Shown: positions 19,535 through 29,473 of the stretch, piece after piece
How the letters are laid out: each line of letters opens with the position of its first letter
How positions within the stretch are numbered: position 1 is the first letter of the stretch
Virus record (IMG/VR): IMGVR_UViG_3300026292_000003
Location: 124,001 to 188,000 of that record
Strand: one strand, 5' to 3'
DNA: 64,000 nucleotides
The notes under the pieces: generated by a model
Databases searched by the model: none
What the model was told of the DNA's origin: nothing
The model's input: only the letters and a program-made list of their open reading frames with translations
Translations under genes and position numbers: made by a program

Positions 19535-20287
19535 ATGAATACATTATATCTAGTATGCAGTCATAGCTGTCTTAGTCAAATGGAAGTACCGTATTTGCTA
19601 AACAATAGTCCAAATTTACATGGTACAAGTCAAGCAGGTGAACATTGGGCTTCATACGAACTTGATGGTAAAGCAATAGATCACGAGCCAGGTATTTTAG
19701 GTAAAATAAGAGTACATGATGACTATTGGAATATAGAAGGAGGTGATAGTCAATATTACAATCATACAGTAAGAAACACTATGGAAATAACAGTTCCACA
19801 ATTAGATGGACTATTAAATTTAATTAATAACAAAAGTATAGCAGTATTATTACACGCCCAAAATTATCATGAAATATGGAAATGGAGTAGAAACCTTCCT
19901 GTTATTATGATTAGAACTGCTATAGACGAATGGGATGGAAACGTAGTACATTGGGCGGCAAGAGAATATAATACTCTTATGTTAGATTCTAAAAATAATA
20001 ATAACAGTACTGACAGTCATGCATGGCCAGGAGTAAAAGAAGTAGTAGACAAATTTCAATCTAAAAAATCATATAATAATTTAATTGATGATTGTGAAGG
20101 AGATATTATTCTTAAACAAAGTCAATGGACAACACTAGAAGGTTTAGATACATTATGGAAAACTGTAGGTATCGATGCACCAGATCAAAATTGGATAAAT
20201 CAATATTATGAAGATTTTCAAAATCATCAAGAAATTGATAAAACAGTAGCAACAGAATTAACGAATGAATATAATCGTAGATCATAA
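19535..20287 (+). CDS. Hypothetical protein, distant member of the sulfotransferase-like family
   Basis: N-terminal LYLVCSHSCLSQMEVPYLLNNSP. Confidence 0.45.
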   Translation: MNTLYLVCSHSCLSQMEVPYLLNNSPNLHGTSQAGEHWASYELDGKAIDHEPGILGKIRVHDDYWNIEGGDSQYYNHTVRNTMEITVPQLDGLLNLINNKSIAVLLHAQNYHEIWKWSRNLPVIMIRTAIDEWDGNVVHWAAREYNTLMLDSKNNNNSTDSHAWPGVKEVVDKFQSKKSYNNLIDDCEGDIILKQSQWTTLEGLDTLWKTVGIDAPDQNWINQYYEDFQNHQEIDKTVATELTNEYNRRS

Positions 20288-20648
20288 CAACGTAGTTTTA
20301 TTTTCAGAAACAATTAAAATATATCTTTTTAAGAAAGAAAAAGAAGTAAAGATATCTTTTAAAATTACTGATTATGTAGTTACAAATATAAAAGTAACTC
20401 AAGAACAGTTTGAAGAAATACTAGCCAACTGGAAAGTAGAAGATGGCATACAAGGTATGGAAACAAAAGACTGTGGTAAACTTTGGTGGTTTTATAATGA
20501 CTGTGGTCCTAGACCAGCACGTCTACCAGCAAGTTATGTAAATGTAAGTTTTAGAAGATATAGTTTTAGATTTTCTGTAGCCGAAATGGTTAAACTAAAG
20601 GAAGAATATTTTAGACAGAAAAATAACAAAATGCATTGGGACGAATGA
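20265..20648 (+). CDS. Hypothetical protein
   Basis: 127 aa, translationally coupled. Confidence 0.7.
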   Translation: MNIIVDHNNVVLFSETIKIYLFKKEKEVKISFKITDYVVTNIKVTQEQFEEILANWKVEDGIQGMETKDCGKLWWFYNDCGPRPARLPASYVNVSFRRYSFRFSVAEMVKLKEEYFRQKNNKMHWDE

Positions 20649-21748
20649 GAGAACATTTAAAAAATTTAAAAGCACACAGTTTAGACATATGTGTAGGTTG
20701 GCACTTACACGATGATCTAGATGGCTTTGTAAAAGGTTTTTCACAAAACTTAATAGAGTATTATCATAAACAATTAGAAGATTATGGAGTACAACAGTTT
20801 ATTGGTGACTCTGTAGATGATTTAAGAAATATAGCTGACATAAATGGTTTTAAAAGAGTACTAGTTATAAAGCAAGGGCAAGTGTTTCATAACTTTAGTC
20901 AGTTTATGACTGATGTATCAAAAGCAGAAACTGGTACAGTAATATTTCCTGATTCATTTGATGGTGTGTTAGATTTTAATAATCCAGATACAGATAATAT
21001 GTCAAAGTTAATTGATATGTTAAATTTACAGGTTTCGTTTGTAGCAAATACAGATAATGCAAACCTTGCTAGACGTTATATGTCAGTAGATAAAGATATT
21101 AAGTTTACAAAATTAATTACAAGTGCAGGAGGATTAAATCCTATATTATATCCGTTTGCATTAAACTTTGGTGCAGGTACAAATGTTGATGTTGTAGATA
21201 TAAGCAACATAGCATTAATAAATGCAAAACGTTGGGTTACTGAATGGGATGGGCATCAACAAGATGTTTTAAGTTTCGTGGATAAATTGATTAAATCAAT
21301 GTCACCTAGTATACATCAAGAAGCATTTATTACACGTGGTGCTAGAATGAAGAATGATATGCAATACTTGTTAGACGAACAAGAAGGATTTGATTTATGG
21401 TTTGATGCTGAATTTCCTGGAATACAATATAATTATTATAAGCACGATTTCTTTAATACTAAAGATAATGCAAGATTGGTAAAAATGATATCAAATAATA
21501 TAGGTAATGTTTATATACATTTAAGCAACATATTTGATTATCAAGCTACGGCATTTTATTACAGTTTAAAAACAAGAATACAATTATTAAATAATTTTAT
21601 AAGTTTAATAAAATCAAATAACCTTGGCAAAAAGGTTATGATAGCATATGTGGATCCACAAGGACAACACAAGCCAACTCCTATGTGGGTTGATGATATC
21701 GTGACCCAAGATATGCTACCTAAATTCCAAGTATTTCCTTGGCAATAA
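20645..21748 (+). CDS. Hypothetical protein, paralogue of 41579..42979
   Basis: Shared motifs GG(L/I)xP, WDG, SN(I/A)FxY and terminal FPWQ. Confidence 0.65.
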   Translation: MREHLKNLKAHSLDICVGWHLHDDLDGFVKGFSQNLIEYYHKQLEDYGVQQFIGDSVDDLRNIADINGFKRVLVIKQGQVFHNFSQFMTDVSKAETGTVIFPDSFDGVLDFNNPDTDNMSKLIDMLNLQVSFVANTDNANLARRYMSVDKDIKFTKLITSAGGLNPILYPFALNFGAGTNVDVVDISNIALINAKRWVTEWDGHQQDVLSFVDKLIKSMSPSIHQEAFITRGARMKNDMQYLLDEQEGFDLWFDAEFPGIQYNYYKHDFFNTKDNARLVKMISNNIGNVYIHLSNIFDYQATAFYYSLKTRIQLLNNFISLIKSNNLGKKVMIAYVDPQGQHKPTPMWVDDIVTQDMLPKFQVFPWQ

Positions 21749-21792
21749 TCCAAAAAATCGCATAAAATAAGGGTATTTTTTTCTCTTTTTCT

Positions 21793-21840
21793 GGTTGACA
21801 TTTATACCAAGATGTCTTATTATATATGTATAGTTAGAAA
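21793..21840 (+). repeat. 48-bp direct repeat copy 1 containing a sigma70 promoter
   Basis: ggttgacatttataccaagatgtcttattatatatgtatagttagaaa is identical at 24163; TTGACA-17-TATTAT. Confidence 0.92.
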
Positions 21841-21851
21841 AAGGAGAATAT

Positions 21852-22085
21852 ATGAAACTAGTAGAACAAATGGAAATGGAAGATTTAAGAGCTGAATTAC
21901 AAGAGCTTAAATTAGGCTTAGGTGGAATTGGCACAAAAGATATTATGAGAATGCATAATATAGAAGATGAAATTGATTGGAGACAGGAAAGCGGATTTGC
22001 TGATTATACTGCTCAAGAAATACAAGATGAGTTAATTGAAAAAGGTGACATTACTGAAAAATATATACAGGAAGAGGTAATATAA
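21852..22085 (+). CDS. Early hypothetical protein
   Basis: AAGGAG RBS; follows the repeat promoter. Confidence 0.75.
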   Translation: MKLVEQMEMEDLRAELQELKLGLGGIGTKDIMRMHNIEDEIDWRQESGFADYTAQEIQDELIEKGDITEKYIQEEVI

Positions 22086-22348
22086 TGAGACATTTTAAAA
22101 TTAATCCATATTTGGTTAAAAAAGGTTTTTATGTTAGTTCAATGTATTGGGGAGATTTACCCGGTGATGGATTTAAACTTATTTCAAGTGATGTTGTAGC
22201 AGGTCCTTTTAAAACTGCTGAAAGAGCACACGAAATTATGGAAAAGAATTTTAATTCTAATCCAATGGAATATGCAGTACACGGTCCAGCTAAAACTCCA
22301 AATGGAGATATTTGGTATAACAAAAATTACTATGGGGAGATTGTTTAG
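22085..22348 (+). CDS. Early hypothetical protein
   Basis: 87 aa, coupled. Confidence 0.7.
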   Translation: MRHFKINPYLVKKGFYVSSMYWGDLPGDGFKLISSDVVAGPFKTAERAHEIMEKNFNSNPMEYAVHGPAKTPNGDIWYNKNYYGEIV

Positions 22349-23460
22349 TGGAAAACATTACAAAACTAGAAACTTTATATAAAAGAGATACAACAGGTAA
22401 AGTCCGTATTTGGGAAGTTGAATACGGACATACAGGTGATACTGCTGGTACAAGAACTATTAGTGGTACACAAGATGGTCAAAAAGTTACTAGTGAATGG
22501 AATATAAGCACTCCTAAAAATGTAGGTAGAGCAAATGCCACTACTGCATTATCACAAGCACAATTTGAAGCACAGGCTTTATGGGATAAGAGAGTTGAAA
22601 AAGAGTATTTTACAGATGTAAGTAAAATTGACTCTTATGAAAAGTTTAAGCCAATGTTGGCACAAGACTATACTAAAAGACCACAGAGTAGTGGATACAG
22701 TCAACCTAAATTAGATGGTATCAGATGTATAGTAGATAAAAATGGAATGTGGACTAGAGCTGGAAAGCCTATTAATAGTTGTCCTCATATTTTTGAATCA
22801 TTAAAAACATTTATAGATGCAAATCCAAATATGATTATAGATGGTGAATTATATAATCATGAACTAAAAGCAGATTTTAATAAAATTACAAGTCTTGTTA
22901 GAAAAGTAAAATGTAGACCTAATGAGATTGCTGAAGCAAAAGAGTTAGTACAATATCACGTATATGATTGTTTTGATAGTAATAATCCTACTGCTAATTT
23001 TGTAGATAGAGTTAAAGTATTAAAAGAATTAAAAGATGAATATATCAGACCTGTAAGAACTGATATTTGCGAAACTCAGGAAGAATTAGATGTTTGTTAT
23101 AGTGACTATATGGAAAATGGTTATGAAGGACAAATGGTTAGAAACAATACACCTTATGAAAACAAAAGAAGTAAGAACTTGCTAAAAAGAAAAGAGTTCA
23201 AATCTGAAGAATATAAGGTTGTTGAAATGTTAGAAGGACAAGGTAACTGGTCAGGTTACACAAAAAGATTTGTACTTGAACTTCCAGATGGAAGACAGTT
23301 TGGAAGTGGTGTTAGAGGACAACAAGCACAATTAAAAGAATTATGGGAATCAAAAGAAACGCCAGATTGGGCTACTTGCAGATTCTTTGATTATACTCCA
23401 GATGGTGTTCCAAGATTTCCTGTAATAGTTGATTATGGAAAAGGACAAAGGGAGGACTAA
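22348..23460 (+). CDS. ATP-dependent DNA ligase
   Basis: Motif I QPKLDGIR, IIDGELY, YHVYDC, YEGQMVR, LLKRK and OB-fold with FFDYTPDGVPRFP. Confidence 0.92.
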   Translation: MENITKLETLYKRDTTGKVRIWEVEYGHTGDTAGTRTISGTQDGQKVTSEWNISTPKNVGRANATTALSQAQFEAQALWDKRVEKEYFTDVSKIDSYEKFKPMLAQDYTKRPQSSGYSQPKLDGIRCIVDKNGMWTRAGKPINSCPHIFESLKTFIDANPNMIIDGELYNHELKADFNKITSLVRKVKCRPNEIAEAKELVQYHVYDCFDSNNPTANFVDRVKVLKELKDEYIRPVRTDICETQEELDVCYSDYMENGYEGQMVRNNTPYENKRSKNLLKRKEFKSEEYKVVEMLEGQGNWSGYTKRFVLELPDGRQFGSGVRGQQAQLKELWESKETPDWATCRFFDYTPDGVPRFPVIVDYGKGQRED

Positions 23461-23813
23461 TGATAGAGTATAAAAAAGATAATCCGCATAAGGATATTGG
23501 AAAACAAAAGTTTAGAATTAGAACAAATTATTCTGCTTGGGTAGAATATGATGTTATAGCTGATTCTAAAGATGAAGCTATGGACAAGATGATTGAACAT
23601 GGCGGAATTGATAAAATTGAATGGTCAGATGGCTGTTTAGGTGATGCAGAAGTTTATGCTTGTGATCATAATTTTGTAGAACATGGTGATATTCAAAAAG
23701 TAGCAGAATGTGTACCATATGAAGATACTGATATTGACACAGGTGAAGAAATGCTAAATTATGAAGATCCAGAATGGACTTCAGATGATTTTAGATGGAA
23801 AACAGAGGAGTAA
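23460..23813 (+). CDS. Acidic hypothetical protein
   Basis: 117 aa; GGAGG RBS. Confidence 0.7.
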   Translation: MIEYKKDNPHKDIGKQKFRIRTNYSAWVEYDVIADSKDEAMDKMIEHGGIDKIEWSDGCLGDAEVYACDHNFVEHGDIQKVAECVPYEDTDIDTGEEMLNYEDPEWTSDDFRWKTEE

Positions 23814-23816
23814 TAA

Positions 23817-23978
23817 ATGTTTCAAGTAATCTATATCCCACGTATTCATGATGAAGTTGCAGTAGCAGAATTTGCAACCAAAAGTGAAGCAGAGGCCTAT
23901 ATGGAAATTATTAAAGAAAAAAGGCCAAAAGCATATCCACACCATTATATTAAGGAGCAAAAAGATGGAAGTAACTAA
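23817..23978 (+). CDS. Small hypothetical protein (not in ORF track)
   Basis: GAGGAG RBS; MFQVIYIPRIHDEVAVAEFATKSEAEAYMEIIKEKRPKAYPHHYIKEQKDGSN. Confidence 0.65.
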   Translation: MFQVIYIPRIHDEVAVAEFATKSEAEAYMEIIKEKRPKAYPHHYIKEQKDGSN

Positions 23979-24126
23979 AGAAACAATAGATCTATATAAA
24001 AAGAGAGTAGCTAATTGTATTAAGGCCGCTAAAATGGCTGATAAAGACAGTTGGGCTTATAATTTCTGGATGCAAACTGCATCAAAAATTACAAAAAAAA
24101 TTGAAAGAATGAGAAAACCCTTGTAA
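23965..24126 (+). CDS. Small hypothetical protein
   Basis: AAGGAG RBS then ATG 23965, an internal start of the 23872 ORF. Confidence 0.65.
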   Translation: MEVTKETIDLYKKRVANCIKAAKMADKDSWAYNFWMQTASKITKKIERMRKPL

Positions 24127-24140
24127 ATAAAGGGTTTTTT
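24114..24140 (+). terminator. Intrinsic terminator hairpin
   Basis: aaaaccctt/aagggtttt stem, loop gtaaata, T-tract. Confidence 0.75.
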
Positions 24141-24162
24141 ATTTAACTTTTTTTGATTAAAA

Positions 24163-24210
24163 GGTTGACATTTATACCAAGATGTCTTATTATATATGTA
24201 TAGTTAGAAA
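24163..24210 (+). repeat. 48-bp direct repeat copy 2 containing a sigma70 promoter
   Basis: Identical to 21793-21840. Confidence 0.92.
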
Positions 24211-24228
24211 CAAAGAAGGAGAATATAA

Positions 24229-24564
24229 ATGCAAAAAGAAATAAACACTTTAATCCAAGCGATTAAAACAGACTACATTAATTGGACTACTAATAATGGG
24301 ACAAAAGAAATGAGTAGTTATAGTAAAGATGTAGTTGATTCAATGGAAGATAATATCCAAGTTAAAGAAGGTAAGAAATACATTAAGATTATCAGAGAAA
24401 ATAGTGTTTGGGGTTTTATATCTAAAGTAGATTTCAAACATTTTAGAAAAGGTGATATTCTTAAAGCGGCAGGTTGGAATGCTCCTGCACTTAATGCTCC
24501 AAGAGGTAACATTTTAGATGGTGGATATACTGTTAGATGGACAGGTCCACTTTACTTAAACTAG
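24229..24564 (+). CDS. Conserved phage early hypothetical protein
   Basis: KYIKII..SVWGFI..GDILKAAGWNAPA..RGNI pattern. Confidence 0.75.
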   Translation: MQKEINTLIQAIKTDYINWTTNNGTKEMSSYSKDVVDSMEDNIQVKEGKKYIKIIRENSVWGFISKVDFKHFRKGDILKAAGWNAPALNAPRGNILDGGYTVRWTGPLYLN

Positions 24565-24568
24565 GAAT

Positions 24569-25084
24569 ATGGAATTGATTAGAAGAGCACTTGAATTTTC
24601 TACTGCGGCACACGCCGCAGTAGGCCAGAAAAGAAAGTATACGGGTGAAGATTATATTGTTCACCCTATTGCCGTTTCTGAGATTGTTGCGGCTTTTGGT
24701 GGATCAAAAGAAATGGTAGCCGCGGCCTTGTTACATGATACAGTAGAAGATACTAATGTAACCAGAGAGCAAATTGCTGAAGAATTTGGTTGGAAGATTT
24801 TTAAGTTAGTTGTAGAATTAACTGATGTAACTAAACCAGAAGATGGTAATAGAGCAACACGTAAAGCTATAGAAGCTAAACGTTTAGGTATGGCTAGTAA
24901 AGAAGCACAAATGATTAAACTAGCAGATCTTATTGATAACACAAAAACAATAGTAAAACATGATCCTAAATTTGCAGAAGTTTATATAAAAGAAAAAATA
25001 GATCTATTAGAGGCTATGGATAAAGTTCATGGTACAGATTTGTATATGAAAGCTAACCTTCAATTACAGGAAGTGCATGATTGA
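24569..25084 (+). CDS. HD-domain (p)ppGpp hydrolase-like protein (Mesh1/SAH type)
   Basis: AH..QKRK..GEDYIVHP, LLHDTVEDT and IKLADLIDN. Confidence 0.85.
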   Translation: MELIRRALEFSTAAHAAVGQKRKYTGEDYIVHPIAVSEIVAAFGGSKEMVAAALLHDTVEDTNVTREQIAEEFGWKIFKLVVELTDVTKPEDGNRATRKAIEAKRLGMASKEAQMIKLADLIDNTKTIVKHDPKFAEVYIKEKIDLLEAMDKVHGTDLYMKANLQLQEVHD

Positions 25085-25190
25085 AATTGTTGAATTGTTT
25101 ATGTCAGCACCTATGGAATTACAGATAATATTATTATTTGGTATTGTAGTAGCTATATATGAAGTAGTAAAAAAGAAGGATAAATATTAA
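25077..25190 (+). CDS. Small TM peptide (not in ORF track)
   Basis: MIEIVELFMSAPMELQIILLFGIVVAIYEVVKKKDKY. Confidence 0.5.
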   Translation: MIEIVELFMSAPMELQIILLFGIVVAIYEVVKKKDKY

Positions 25191-25191
25191 T

Positions 25192-25401
25192 ATGATAACA
25201 TTAGAAATGACTATTATTCTTGTTGCATTTACCATTGCCTGTGCATATTTTAATTACAGAAGCGGACATAGAGAAGGTGTAATGCAAGGTATGGAACTTA
25301 CCCTAAGATTGTTACAAGCTGACAATAAAATAAGAATTGTTCGAACCAAAGATGGTAATGAAGAAATTCTACCCATCGAGGTTCATAGTGACAAGTCATA
25401 A
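25192..25401 (+). CDS. Small membrane-anchored protein
   Basis: N-terminal TM; ATAAATA 5 nt upstream of the ATG. Confidence 0.7.
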   Translation: MITLEMTIILVAFTIACAYFNYRSGHREGVMQGMELTLRLLQADNKIRIVRTKDGNEEILPIEVHSDKS

Positions 25402-26218
25402 ATTACTTCCATTAGAAGATATATTTTTATACCAAGAACTTGGTGAATGGCCAATGGTTGATTCACACCTGTTATCTACTACATATAAAGATAGATGGGA
25501 AATGGCTGATAAGCTATTTGCTGAATTAAATAGAGATCTTTTTGATAAAGTAAATGAAGAAAAAGAATACGAACATTGGCAAGATCCAAAAATACCAGAA
25601 AAGAGTTTTTCAAAGAAATATTCAGGTTCAGCATTAAGCTATGATAATGATTATATGGTAGGACCTCACGATTGGGATAATGAGTCAAAAATAGGCGATT
25701 ACGTGCAACGTAGAAAGGCGTATATTTACGATTGGACTAAAGATGGGCTACAACATACTACAGAAGCTATAGATTACTTTGTGGGTATGCATGAAGCTTT
25801 TAAACCGGTACTAGAACACTATTTGTCTGAATGTTATTCTGACCAACTTGATTTAATAGAGAAATTACTTTACAAACTTATGATTATACAGTATAATAAT
25901 CCTAAAGCCACAGAAGAAAACATAGTTCAACATAGGAAGTTCAACACAGAACGTTTTGGTGATGAACATTGTGATGAAACTTTGGGTGGATTACATTTAG
26001 GTGAAAATTATGCTGAATTTAGAGCGAAGAATACAAAGTCAAATAATTGGGAATTGCTACATCAATTAACTAATAATAAGATGTTATGGATGTTTGGAGA
26101 GAATGCAGAACGTAGTGGATTAATACCAACATACCATGGAATGCAACATAACCCAGGAATAGGCTTAAATACTAGATATAGTATAATATTTGATTTACAA
26201 GCAAGATATAAACAATAG
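25388..26218 (+). CDS. 2OG-Fe(II) oxygenase (IPNS-like)
   Basis: HCD, distal HGM and RYSIIF; GTG 25388 after GAGG preferred as start. Confidence 0.7.
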   Translation: MTSHKLLPLEDIFLYQELGEWPMVDSHLLSTTYKDRWEMADKLFAELNRDLFDKVNEEKEYEHWQDPKIPEKSFSKKYSGSALSYDNDYMVGPHDWDNESKIGDYVQRRKAYIYDWTKDGLQHTTEAIDYFVGMHEAFKPVLEHYLSECYSDQLDLIEKLLYKLMIIQYNNPKATEENIVQHRKFNTERFGDEHCDETLGGLHLGENYAEFRAKNTKSNNWELLHQLTNNKMLWMFGENAERSGLIPTYHGMQHNPGIGLNTRYSIIFDLQARYKQ

Positions 26219-26226
26219 GAGATACA

Positions 26227-26814
26227 ATGCTTATACCAACAGTAATAGAAACAACGGGTCGCGGTGAACGTGCATACGACATTTACAGTCGTTTGCTTAA
26301 AGACCGAATTGTAATGCTTAATGGCGAAGTTAACGACCATTCAGCTCAATTAATAGTAGCACAGATGCTATTTTGTGAGTCACAGAATAATGCAGAAGAT
26401 ATAAATTTTTATATCAATAGCCCAGGCGGTGCAGTAACCGCAGGTCTTGCAATTTACGATACAATGCAGTTTATTAAATCTCCAGTAAGCACAATCGTAT
26501 TAGGTCAGGCTTGTAGTATGGGTAGTTTTCTTGCAATGGCAGGAGAACCAGGTAAACGTAATATATTACCTAATGCTAGAACTATGATTCACCAACCAAG
26601 TGGCGGTGCAGGTGGACAAGCTACAGATATGGAAATACAAGTAAAAGAGATTATTAAAATAAAAGAGAAATTAACAAAAATTTATGAAAAGCATAACACC
26701 GCTAATAAGTCATATGATGAGTTAAGCCAAGCTATGGAGAGAGACAATTATCTAAGTGCAGACGAAGCAGTAGCCTTCGGTTTAGCTGATAAAGTAGTTT
26801 CTAGTAAAACATAG
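26227..26814 (+). CDS. clpP: ATP-dependent Clp protease proteolytic subunit
   Basis: [23 protein letters not shown] (Ser), MIHQP (His), ERDNY (Asp). Confidence 0.97.
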   Translation: MLIPTVIETTGRGERAYDIYSRLLKDRIVMLNGEVNDHSAQLIVAQMLFCESQNNAEDINFYINSPGGAVTAGLAIYDTMQFIKSPVSTIVLGQACSMGSFLAMAGEPGKRNILPNARTMIHQPSGGAGGQATDMEIQVKEIIKIKEKLTKIYEKHNTANKSYDELSQAMERDNYLSADEAVAFGLADKVVSSKT

Positions 26815-26891
26815 TACTTTTTAAATCTTAAATATTGAATAAATACATGGCATAGACTATATCTATGTTATTAAAAGAATTGTGAAATTAT

Positions 26892-27251
26892 ATGTATACT
26901 TACAATGCGAAACTAATCAGGGTCATTGATGGTGATACTGTAGATTTAGAAATCGATCTAGGGTTTGATCTATCTATTAGACAGCGACTTAAACTATATG
27001 GTGTAGGTACACCTGATAGTAGATCAGCTGATACTGATACAAAACAAAAAGGCTTAGAAGCTAAACAACGTCTTACTGAATTACTACCAAGACAGTTTAA
27101 GATTACCACTATCCTTAATAAAAGAGGAAAGTATGGTAGAGTGTTAGGTACTATATTCCTAACAGATAAAGATACAGGTAAAGAAGTAAACGTTAACGAA
27201 CTAATGGTCACAGAAGGCCATGCAGTTAAGTATACTATTCAAGGGAAATAA
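26892..27251 (+). CDS. SNase-like nuclease
   Basis: VIDGDTVD, KYGRVLG, VNELMVTEGHA. Confidence 0.85.
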   Translation: MYTYNAKLIRVIDGDTVDLEIDLGFDLSIRQRLKLYGVGTPDSRSADTDTKQKGLEAKQRLTELLPRQFKITTILNKRGKYGRVLGTIFLTDKDTGKEVNVNELMVTEGHAVKYTIQGK

Positions 27252-27254
27252 TAT

Positions 27255-29024
27255 ATGAGGTATTTTGGTTATTGGACAATATTAGTAGCATTGGCAATCA
27301 GTGCAGTAGCGGCCTACTACAGTATCGTTGGCCTAGTTGCTATATTTTCTGCGGCTATGATACCTATTATTATCATGGGTTCCGTATTAGAAATTGGTAA
27401 ACTAACGTCGGCAGTTTGGTTACACTTAAATTGGCGGCAGGCACCCATTCTTATTAAAACGTATCTATCCGTGGCAGTATTGTTGCTTATGTTTATCACA
27501 AGTATGGGTATATTTGGCTTTTTAAGTAAAGCACATATCCAGCAAACAAGTCTAGCCACGGAGAACGTAGCACAAATAGAAATTATTGAAGATAGTATTG
27601 TTAGAATCAAACAAGACGTAGTTAGATTTGAAAATAAAATTAAAGAATATGAGAACAAAGATGATAAAATTGATACTACAATACAAGATAAGATTGCACT
27701 AGAGCAAGAAAGAATTAATACCGCATATGACGGTGTTAATCCTTCTATTGAAGAGTTAAACAAACGTATTGAAAAGCAGTTAGCTGACAGAGAAAAGACT
27801 ATTGAACCATACACACGTGAATTAGATAAGATTCAAAGTGATTTAGCATTAATAGATCAATATGTAGCAGATGAAGAAATTAAAAAGCTACAAGGTATGA
27901 TTGGTGCTAGGCAAGATGGTAGATATGGTAGTAGAACTGCTAAAGCAGTTAAAGAGTATAGAGAAACTTTAAATACACGTAAAGACGAAATTTTAAAAAT
28001 TATAAACAACATAAAAACACAGGAAGATCCAGTAATTACTGATGCTAGAAATGAGATCAAGAGACTAAGAGCATTAGCAGAACAACAGATTGCTGATTCA
28101 AATGAATTGATTACTAGACTCAGATCACAGTTAGGCCAGGGGCAAGTAGAAGATAGTACAGAAGAGATAATACTATTAAGAGATAATATTAATGCATCTA
28201 ACACAGAACTCAGCGAATTATATACTAAAAAAATTGCGTTAGAGGGAGAGAGTAGACAATTAGAAGCAGAAGTAGGCCCGGTTAAATATATTGCAGAATT
28301 AATATATGGCGACGAAGCAACAAGAAATATGCTGGAAGACGCCGTTAGATTTGTTATGTTAATTCTTGTGTTTGTTTTTGACCCGTTGGCCATTGTACTT
28401 GTTATTTCAGGTATCATATTGGTAGAAAGGAATGCCAGGCCAGGCAAAAAGACAAAAATCTTAAATGAAAAAACAGTACAAGAAGAACAAGCTAAACCTA
28501 TCAAAGACAGCGACATCGGAGAAAATGATACAGATATTGAGAGCGGGCCAGAAGCTACCGAAGAGTCTGATGTACAAGATGAAATTCTGGAACAAGAAGA
28601 AGTAATTGAACGTGTTCCTATGACAGAGGAAGAAGAGTATGCCAATGCAGGTATCACTAAAGAAGAAGCAGAAAAAGATCCTGAAATCTACAAAGACGAA
28701 GAAGGCAAAGAATATACAGTTGATGCAAAAACTGGAGAACGTAAGTATGTAATCAACAAAGTACAATGGGAACTAAATAAAAAAGAGAGAGCGGCGGCAA
28801 GAAAAGAAAAGAAACAATTAGTAGATAAAATTGTTGCTGAAATGAGAAGTACAGGAAGTTGGCCAGGTACAAGCTATATGGAAGGCGAAGGTGTTGTTAA
28901 AAAGAAAATTGAACAAATATTTGCCGACGATGCATCTTTAGAGTTAAAAGAACTTATGTCAAGAGCAGATGATTCAGTACTACAAGAAGTATATAACGAA
29001 ATATTAAAAGATACTAAAAAATGA
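27255..29024 (+). CDS. Membrane protein with long coiled coil and acidic C-tail
   Basis: N-terminal TMs, coiled coil, EVGPVKYIAELIYG and FVFDPLAI second TM block. Confidence 0.8.
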   Translation: MRYFGYWTILVALAISAVAAYYSIVGLVAIFSAAMIPIIIMGSVLEIGKLTSAVWLHLNWRQAPILIKTYLSVAVLLLMFITSMGIFGFLSKAHIQQTSLATENVAQIEIIEDSIVRIKQDVVRFENKIKEYENKDDKIDTTIQDKIALEQERINTAYDGVNPSIEELNKRIEKQLADREKTIEPYTRELDKIQSDLALIDQYVADEEIKKLQGMIGARQDGRYGSRTAKAVKEYRETLNTRKDEILKIINNIKTQEDPVITDARNEIKRLRALAEQQIADSNELITRLRSQLGQGQVEDSTEEIILLRDNINASNTELSELYTKKIALEGESRQLEAEVGPVKYIAELIYGDEATRNMLEDAVRFVMLILVFVFDPLAIVLVISGIILVERNARPGKKTKILNEKTVQEEQAKPIKDSDIGENDTDIESGPEATEESDVQDEILEQEEVIERVPMTEEEEYANAGITKEEAEKDPEIYKDEEGKEYTVDAKTGERKYVINKVQWELNKKERAAARKEKKQLVDKIVAEMRSTGSWPGTSYMEGEGVVKKKIEQIFADDASLELKELMSRADDSVLQEVYNEILKDTKK

Positions 29025-29473
29025 AATTAGATAATAGTTCTTATACGGTTACTCCTCCAGATCTAATGTTAACAGAACACGGTGTAAGTATTCTAGTTTC
29101 TAGTACCGACGAAAAGTTAATAAAAAAAGTAAAAGATATATTTGAAAAATATATCGCAACAAGCATTGTATTCTATATACAACAAAAACCAACAAACTCA
29201 AATACCCTACCATGGCTATGGAATGTATCAAAAACTTGTGAATTTATGATCATTGATCTTGATACCTGTGCAGAACCAGATATAATTGCAGGATTAATGA
29301 AATCAAGAGACGGTGAGAATACTGTACTATTTTACAGTGATAAGTACACTAGAAGAGATACAATAAAACTAATAAACGCAACAGGCGAAAATTTAGTAGT
29401 CACTAGGATGGAAGATATACATAACTATATAAGGTTACAAATGAACCCAGAGTATTTTGATGAGACCAAATGA
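29021..29473 (+). CDS. Hypothetical protein
   Basis: 150 aa, coupled. Confidence 0.7.
   Translation: MKLDNSSYTVTPPDLMLTEHGVSILVSSTDEKLIKKVKDIFEKYIATSIVFYIQQKPTNSNTLPWLWNVSKTCEFMIIDLDTCAEPDIIAGLMKSRDGENTVLFYSDKYTRRDTIKLINATGENLVVTRMEDIHNYIRLQMNPEYFDETK

Noticed and set aside
27317-28766. Long antisense ORFs opposite the 27255 gene, and similar antisense ORFs elsewhere
   Set aside because: Low-complexity S/I/L/F translations typical of reverse-frame shadows, with no RBS or motifs
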